A stretch of 64,000 nt of DNA, taken from the NCBI RefSeq assembly GCF_009914755.1, contig NC_060939.1. The stretch is one strand, 5' to 3'. Made by a program: the position numbers and the translations under genes. The stretch is from the human T2T-CHM13v2.0 reference genome, Homo sapiens. The notes beneath the pieces were generated by a model. That model searched no databases. It was given only the letters and a program-made list of their open reading frames with translations, and had not been told where the DNA came from. Positions 56,401-64,000 of the stretch are shown here, in pieces (position 1 is the stretch's first letter; every line of letters starts with the position of its first letter).

Positions 56401-57238
56401 TTCGAGTCAATTCCATTCCATTCGATGTCTTTCCATAACGATCCATTCCATTCTATTCCTTTCGATTCCATTCCATTCTATTTCATTCCATTCGATTCCC
56501 TTCCATTGGACTCCTTTCCATTCGAGTGCATTCCATTCCGTTCCATTTCTTTCCGTTCTGTACGATTCCTACCGTTCGATTTCATTTTGTTCCAGTCCAT
56601 TCCTTTCGCGTCCATTCCATTCCATTTCACTACATTCGATTCCATTCCATTCGATTCCATTCTACTCGATTCCACTTCGTTCCATTTCATTGCATTCCAT
56701 TCTATTCAACTCTATTGCCTTCCATTCCATTCCATTCGATTACATTCCATGCGATTCCATTAGAAATCGAATCAATTACATTGCAATCCATTACTATTGA
56801 GTCCGTTTTATTCCAGTCCACTGCATTCTGGTCCATTCCATTTGATTCCATTCCATTCTATTCCATTCCATGCAGTTGCATTCCATTGGATTCCATGCTA
56901 TATCTATAAATTCAATTCGAGACCATTGCTTTTGAGTCCATTCTATATGATTCCATTCCATTCAAGTCCATTACATTTGGTTCAATTCCATTCCATTCCA
57001 TTCCCTTCCATTCCATTCCATTTGATATCAATCCATTCGATTCCATTCCATTCGAGCACATTCCATTCGAGTCCATTCCATTCGATGCCATTCCATTTGA
57101 TTCTATTCCATTAGTCTCCATTCAATTCCATTAATCTCCATTCCATTCCATTCTACTCCAACTGATTCCATTCCATTCTATTCCTTTCCATTCCATTTCA
57201 TTCCATTCCATTCCATTTCATTCCATTCCATTCCATTC
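32078..57238 (+). repeat. Imperfect 4-5-unit super-repeat (7191/8985-bp spacing)
   Basis: The unit type with CCCTTCAAT/TTGTTTCC/CATTGCATT in its first half starts at 33872, 42857 and 50048 (+8985, +7191). The 1809-bp units start at 39254, 46445 and 55430 (+7191, +8985). Neighbour order is largely conserved. Confidence 0.8.
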
Positions 57239-60200
57239 GTGTCCATTCCACTCCAGTCCATTCCATTCGTGTCCATTCCATTCCAGTCCATTCCATTTGT
57301 GTCCACTGCATTCCATTCCACTCCATTCCATATTATTCCATTACACTCCATTCCATTCTATTACTTTCATTTCCATTCAATTCCATTCCATTTGATTCCA
57401 TTCCACTCGGTTTCATTCCATTTGAGTCCACTCCATTCCATTCCATTCCATTCCATTCAGTTCCATTCCATTCTGTTCCATTCCATTCCGTTCCATTACA
57501 TTCCATTCCATTCGGTACCATTCCATATTGTTCCATTCGATTCCATTCGAATCCATTCCATTCCAGTCCATTCCATTCGATTCCATTCCATTCATTTCAA
57601 TTCCATTCCATTCCATTCCATTCCATTCCACTTGATTCCTCTCCATTCCCTTCCACTGCATTCCTTTCGATTCCATTCCATTGCATTGCATTCCATTCCA
57701 TTGGATTGCATTCCTTTCGATTCCATTCCATTCGAATCAATTACATAGCAATCCATTACATTCGAGTCTATTCTCTTCCGTTCCATTCGATTTCGTTCCA
57801 ATCCATTCGATTCCATTCCATTCGATTCCATTCCATACTATTGCATTCCATTCGATTACATTATATTCGAATAAGTTCCATTCAAGACCATTTCTTTTGA
57901 GTCCATTCTATTTGAGTCCATTCCCTTTGATTCCATAATATTTGAGTCCATTCAATTCCATTCCTTTCGTTTCCATTCCATTTGATGCCATTCCATTCAA
58001 TTCTGTTCTACTCTACTCCAATACATTCAATTCCATTCCATCCGATTCCATTACATTCTTTTCATTTCTTATCCATTTCAAGCCATTCCACTCCATTCCA
58101 TTCCACTCGTTTCCTTTCCATTCGAGTCCATTCCTCTCCAGTCCATTCCGTTCAATCCATTCCATTCCAGTCCATTCCATTCGAGTCCGTTCCATTCCAG
58201 TCCATTCCATTCGAGTCAATTCCATCCCATTCGATGTCTTTCCATAACGATCCATTCCATTCTATTCCTTTCGATTCCATTCCATTCTATTTCATTCCAT
58301 TCGATTCCCTTCCATTGGACTCCTTTCCATTCGAGTGCATTCCATTCCGTTCCATTTCTTACCGTTCTGTACGATTCCTACCGTTCGATTTCATTTTGTT
58401 CCAGTCCATTCCTTTCGCGTCCATTCCATTCCATTTCACTCCATTCGATTCCATTCCACTCGATTCCACTTCGTTCCATTTCATTGCATTCCATTCTATT
58501 CAACTCTATTGCCTTCCATTCCATTCCATTCGATTACATTCCATGCGATTCCATTCGAAATCGAATCAATTACATTGCAATCCATTACTATTGAGTCCGT
58601 TTTATTCCAGTCCACTGCATTCTGGTCCATTCCATTTGATTCCATTCCATTCTATTCCATTCCATACAGTTGCATTCCATTGGATTCCATGCTATATCTA
58701 TAAATTCAATTCGAGACCATTGCTTTTGAGTCCATTCTATATGATTCCATTCCATTCAAGTCCATTACATTTGGTTCCATTCCATTCCATTCCATTCCCT
58801 TCCATTCCATTCCATTTGATATCAATCCATTCGATTCCATTCCATTCGAGCACATTCCATTCGAGTCCATTCCATTCGATGCCATTCCATTTGATTCTAT
58901 TCCATTAGTCTCCATTCAATTCCATTAATCTCCATTCCATTCCATTCTACTCCAACTGATTCCATTCCATTCTATTCCTTTCCATTCCATTTCATTCCAT
59001 TCCATTCCATTTCATTCCATTCCATTCCATTCGTGTCCATTCCACTCCAGTCCATTCCATTCTTGTCCATTCCATTCCAGTCCATTCCATTTGTGTCCAC
59101 TGCATTCCATTCCACTCCATTCCATATTATTCCATTACACTCCATTCCATTCTATTACTTTCATTTCCATTCAATTCCATTCCATTTGATTCCATTCCAC
59201 TCGGTTTCATTCCATTTGAGTCCACTCCATTCCATTCCATTCCATTCCATTCAGTTCCATTCCATTCTGTTCCATTCCATTCCGTTCCATTACATTCCAT
59301 TCCATTCGGTACCATTCCATATTGTTCCATTCGATTCCATTCGAATCCATTCCATTCCAGTCCATTCCATTCGATTCCATTCCATTCATTTCAATTCCAT
59401 TCCATTCCATTCCATTACATTCCACTTGATTCCTCTCCATTCCCTTCCACTGCATTCCGTTCGATTCCATTCCATTGCATTGCATTCCATTCCATTGGAT
59501 TGCATTCCATTCGATTCCATTCCATTCGAATCAATTACATAGCAATCCATTACATTCGAGTCTATTCTCTTCCGTTCCATTCGATTTCGTTCCAATCCAT
59601 TCGATTCCATTCCATTCGATTCCATTCCATACTATTGCATTCCATTCGATTACATTATATTCGAATAAGTTCCATTCAAGACCATTTCTTTTGAGTCCAT
59701 TCTATTTGAGTCCATTCCCTTTGATTCCATAACATTTGAGTCCATTCAATTCCATTCCTTTCGTTTCCATTCCATTTGATGCCATTCCATTCAATTCTGT
59801 TCTACTCGACTCCAATACATTCAATTCCATTCCATCCGATTCCATTACATTCTTTTCATTTCTTATCCATTTCAAGCCATTCCACTCCATTCCATTCCAC
59901 TCGTTTCCTTTCCATTCGAGTCCATTCCTCTCCAGTCCATTCCGTTCAATCCATTCCATTCCAGTCCATTCCATTCGAGTCCGTTCCATTCCAGTCCATT
60001 CCATTCGAGTCAATTCCATTCCATTCGATGTCTTTCCATAACGATCCATTCCATTCTATTCCTTTCGATTCCATTCCATTCTATTTCATTCCATTCGATT
60101 CCCTTCCATTGGACTCCTTTCCATTCGAGTGCATTCCATTCCGTTCCATTTCTTTCCGTTCTGTACGATTCCTACCGTTCGATTTCATTTTGTTCCAGTC

Positions 60201-62300
60201 CATTCCTTTCGCGTCCATTCCATTCCATTTCACTACATTCGATTCCATTCCATTCGATTCCATTCTACTCGATTCCACTTCGTTCCATTTCATTGCATTC
60301 CATTCTATTCAACTCTATTGCCTTCCATTCCATTCCATTCGATTACATTCCATGCGATTCCATTAGAAATCGAATCAATTACATTGCAATCCATTACTAT
60401 TGAGTCCGTTTTATTCCAGTCCACTGCATTCTGGTCCATTCCATTTGATTCCATTCCATTCTATTCCATTCCATGCAGTTGCATTCCATTGGATTCCATG
60501 CTATATCTATAAATTCAATTCGAGACCATTGCTTTTGAGTCCATTCTATATGATTCCATTCCATTCAAGTCCATTACATTTGGTTCAATTCCATTCCATT
60601 CCATTCCCTTCCATTCCATTCCATTTGATATCAATCCATTCGATTCCATTCCATTCGAGCACATTCCATTCGAGTCCATTCCATTCGATGCCATTCCATT
60701 TGATTCTATTCCATTAGTCTCCATTCAATTCCATTAATCTCCATTCCATTCCATTCTACTCCAACTGATTCCATTCCATTCTATTCCTTTCCATTCCATT
60801 TCATTCCATTCCATTCCATTTCATTCCATTCCATTCCATTCGTGTCCATTCCACTCCAGTCCATTCCATTCGTGTCCATTCCATTCCAGTCCATTCCATT
60901 TGTGTCCACTGCATTCCATTCCACTCCATTCCATATTATTCCATTACACTCCATTCCATTCTATTACTTTCATTTCCATTCAATTCCATTCCATTTGATT
61001 CCATTCCACTCGGTTTCATTCCATTTGAGTCCACTGCATTCCATTCCATTCCATTCCATTCAGTTCCATTCCATTCTGTTCCATTCCATTCCGTTCCATT
61101 ACATTCCATTCCATTCGGTACCATTCCATATTGTTCCATTCGATTCCATTCGAATCCATTCCATTCCAGTCCATTCCATTCGATTCCATTCCATTCATTT
61201 CAATTCCATTCCATTCCATTCCATTCCATTCCACTTGATTCCTCTCCATTCCCTTCCACTGCATTCCTTTCGATTCCATTCCATTGCATTGCATTCCATT
61301 CCATTGGATTGCATTCCTTTCGATTCCATTCCATTCGAATCAATTACATAGCAATCCATTACATTCGAGTCTATTCTCTTCCGTTCCATTCGATTTCGTT
61401 CCAATCCATTCGATTCCATTCCATTCGATTCCATTCCATACTATTGCATTCCATTCGATTACATTATATTCGAATAAGTTCCATTCAAGACCATTTCTTT
61501 TGAGTCCATTCTATTTGAGTCCATTCCCTTTGATTCCATAATATTTGAGTCCATTCAATTCCATTCCTTTCGTTTCCATTCCATTTGATGCCATTCCATT
61601 CAATTCTGTTCTACTCTACTCCAATACATTCAATTCCATTCCATCCGATTCCATTACATTCTTTTCATTTCTTATCCATTTCAAGCCATTCCACTCCATT
61701 CCATTCCACTCGTTTCCTTTCCATTCGAGTCCATTCCTCTCCAGTCCATTCCGTTCAATCCATTCCATTCCAGTCCATTCCATTCGAGTCCGTTCCATTC
61801 CAGTCCATTCCATTCGAGTCAATTCCATCCCATTCGATGTCTTTCCATAACGATCCATTCCATTCTATTCCTTTCGATTCCATTCCATTCTATTTCATTC
61901 CATTCGATTCCCTTCCATTGGACTCCTTTCCATTCGAGTGCATTCCATTCCGTTCCATTTCTTACCGTTCTGTACGATTCCTACCGTTCGATTTCATTTT
62001 GTTCCAGTCCATTCCTTTCGCGTCCATTCCATTCCATTTCACTCCATTCGATTCCATTCCACTCGATTCCACTTCGTTCCATTTCATTGCATTCCATTCT
62101 ATTCAACTCTATTGCCTTCCATTCCATTCCATTCGATTACATTCCATGCGATTCCATTCGAAATCGAATCAATTACATTGCAATCCATTACTATTGAGTC
62201 CGTTTTATTCCAGTCCACTGCATTCTGGTCCATTCCATTTGATTCCATTCCATTCTATTCCATTCCATACAGTTGCATTCCATTGGATTCCATGCTATAT
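56300..62300 (+). repeat. 3603-bp dimer repeat (1809 + 1794 bp), second copy partial
   Basis: The +15-bp insertion occurs at ~56640 and ~60243. The CATTCCTTTCGA/CATAATATT/CTCTACTCC/CTTACCG unit starts at 57239 and 60842. The offset is 3603 in both cases. Confidence 0.82.
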
Positions 62301-64000
62301 CTATAAATTCAATTCGAGACCATTGCTTTTGAGTCCATTCTATATGATTCCATTCCATGCAAGTCCATTACATTTGGTTCAATTCCATTCCATTCCATTC
62401 CCTTCCATTCCATTCCATTTGATATCAATCCATTCGATTCCATTCCATTCGAGCACATTCCATTCGAGTCCATTCCATTCGATGCCATTCCATTTGATTC
62501 TATTCCATTAGTCTCCATTCAATTCCATTAATCTCCATTCCATTCCATTCTACTCCAACTGATTCCATTTCATTATATTCCTTTCCATTCCATTTCATTC
62601 CATTCCATTCCATTCGTGTCCATTCCACTCCAGTCCATTCCATTCGTGTCCATTCCATTCCAGTCCATTCCATTTGTGTCCACTGCATTCCATTCCACTC
62701 CATTCCATATTATTCCATTACACTCCATTCCATTCTATTACTTTCATTTCCATTCAATTCCATTCCATTTGATTCCATTCCACTCGGTTTCATTCCATTT
62801 GAGTCCACTCCATTCCATTCCATTCCATTCCATTCAGTTCCATTCCATTCTGTTCCATTCCATTCCGTTCCATTACATTCCATTCCATTCGGTACCATTC
62901 CATATTGTTCCATTCGATTCCATTCGAATCCATTCCATTCCAGTCCATTCCATTCGATTCCATTCCATTCATTTCAATTCCATTCCATTCCATTCCATTA
63001 CATTCCACTTGATTCCTCTCCATTCCCTTCCACTGCATTCCGTTCGATTCCATTCCATTGCATTGCATTCCATTCCATTGGATTGCATTCCATTCGATTC
63101 CATTCCATTCGAATCAATTACATAGCAATCCATTACATTCGAGTCTATTCTCTTCCGTTCCATTCGATTTCGTTCCAATCCATTCGATTCCATTCCATTC
63201 GATTCCATTCCATACTATTGCATTCCATTCGATTACATTATATTCGAATAAGTTCCATTCAAGACCATTTCTTTTGAGTCCATTCTATTTGAGTCCATTC
63301 CCTTTGATTCCATAACATTTGAGTCCATTCAATTCCATTCCTTTCGTTTCCATTCCATTTGATGCCATTCCATTCAATTCTGTTCTACTCGACTCCAATA
63401 CATTCAATTCCATTCCATCCGATTCCATTACATTCTTTTCATTTCTTATCCATTTCAAGCCATTCCACTCCATTCCATTCCACTCGTTTCCTTTCCATTC
63501 GAGTCCATTCCTCTCCAGTCCATTCCGTTCAATCCATTCCATTCCAGTCCATTCCATTCGAGTCCGTTCCATTCCAGTCCATTCCATTCGAGTCAATTCC
63601 ATTCCATTCGATGTCTTTCCATAACGATCCATTCCATTCTATTCCTTTCGATTCCATTCCATTCTATTTCATTCCATTCGATTCCCTTCCATTGGACTCC
63701 TTTCCATTCGAGTGCATTCCATTCCGTTCCATTTCTTTCCGTTCTGTACGATTCCTACCGTTCGATTTCATTTTGTTCCAGTCCATTCCTTTCGCGTCCA
63801 TTCCATTCCATTTCACTCCATTCGATTCCATTCCACTCGATTCCACTTCGTTCCATTTCATTGCATTCCATTCTATTCAACTCTATTGCCTTCCATTCCA
63901 TTCCATTCGATTACATTCCATGCGATTCCATTCAAAATCGAATCAATTACATTGCAATCCATTACTATTGAGTCCGTTTTATTCCAGTCCACTGCATTCT

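Larger units (their letters stand above)
1..64000 (+). repeat. Satellite III (HSat3) array, diverged (CATTC)n on + strand / (GGAAT)n on - strand
   Basis: CATTC pentamers and variants (CATTCGATTC, GAGTC, CAGTC, CATTG) run continuously from base 1 to 64000 in one orientation. The + strand is very C/T-rich and G-poor. There are long pure CATTC runs and no CGATGAT motif of the kind that typifies HSat2. Confidence 0.98.
1..64000 (+). repeat. 1.8-kb KpnI higher-order repeat, most likely D15Z1 / HSat3A5 (human chr15p pericentromeric heterochromatin)
   Basis: Seen: modal period of 1794 bp from recurring ORF starts, and one GGTACC per unit (254-259, 2043-2048, 3837-3842 and onward). Established: D15Z1 is the 1.8-kb KpnI Satellite III repeat of chr15p, whereas DYZ1 has a ~3.6-kb unit. 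The locus assignment is inference without an alignment. Confidence 0.75.

Noticed and set aside
32078-57238. Idea that 5-unit blocks are selected because five net -1 shifts restore pentamer register
   Set aside because: One-, two- and four-unit duplications also occur, so the numerical match is probably coincidental.
1-64000. CRISPR-like or other prokaryotic repeat system
   Set aside because: There are no unique spacers and no associated genes. The sequence is entirely tandem satellite.
1-64000. Embedded transposon, inversion or unique-sequence island
   Set aside because: All unit spacings are 1749-1809 bp and are explained by small indels. I saw no poly-A, target-site duplication or GGAAT-oriented segment on the + strand.

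Overview
The whole 64 kb window is one uninterrupted, single-orientation array of human-type Satellite III, a diverged (CATTC)n/(GGAAT)n pentamer repeat. It is organised as about 35.7 head-to-tail higher-order units of modal length 1794 bp. Each unit examined carries one KpnI site (GGTACC), which fits the 1.8-kb KpnI Sat III family D15Z1/HSat3A5 of chromosome 15p; that assignment is inferred, not aligned. I found no genes, RNA genes, mobile elements or inversions, and all listed ORFs are translation artefacts of the pentamer. I found no new coding system. The informative content is nested repeat architecture: 5-bp monomer, ~0.9-kb diverged half-units, the 1794-bp unit, and local super-repeats (a 1773-bp triplet, 3548-bp and 3603-bp dimers, and a 4-5-unit block of 7191/8985 bp), together with mosaic units that record recombination or conversion. 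Unit starts used here, taken at the first GTGTCC landmark: U1 (partial, begins before base 1), U2 1773, U3 3562, U4 5356, U5 7150, U6 8944, U7 10738, U8 12532, U9 14326, U10 16075, U11 17848, U12 19621, U13 21394, U14 23188, U15 24982, U16 26776, U17 28530, U18 30324, U19 32078, U20 33872, U21 35666, U22 37460, U23 39254, U24 41063, U25 42857, U26 44651, U27 46445, U28 48254, U29 50048, U30 51842, U31 53636, U32 55430, U33 57239, U34 59033, U35 60842, U36 62616 (partial). Variants were read by eye with help from the ORF track, so breakpoints are approximate.
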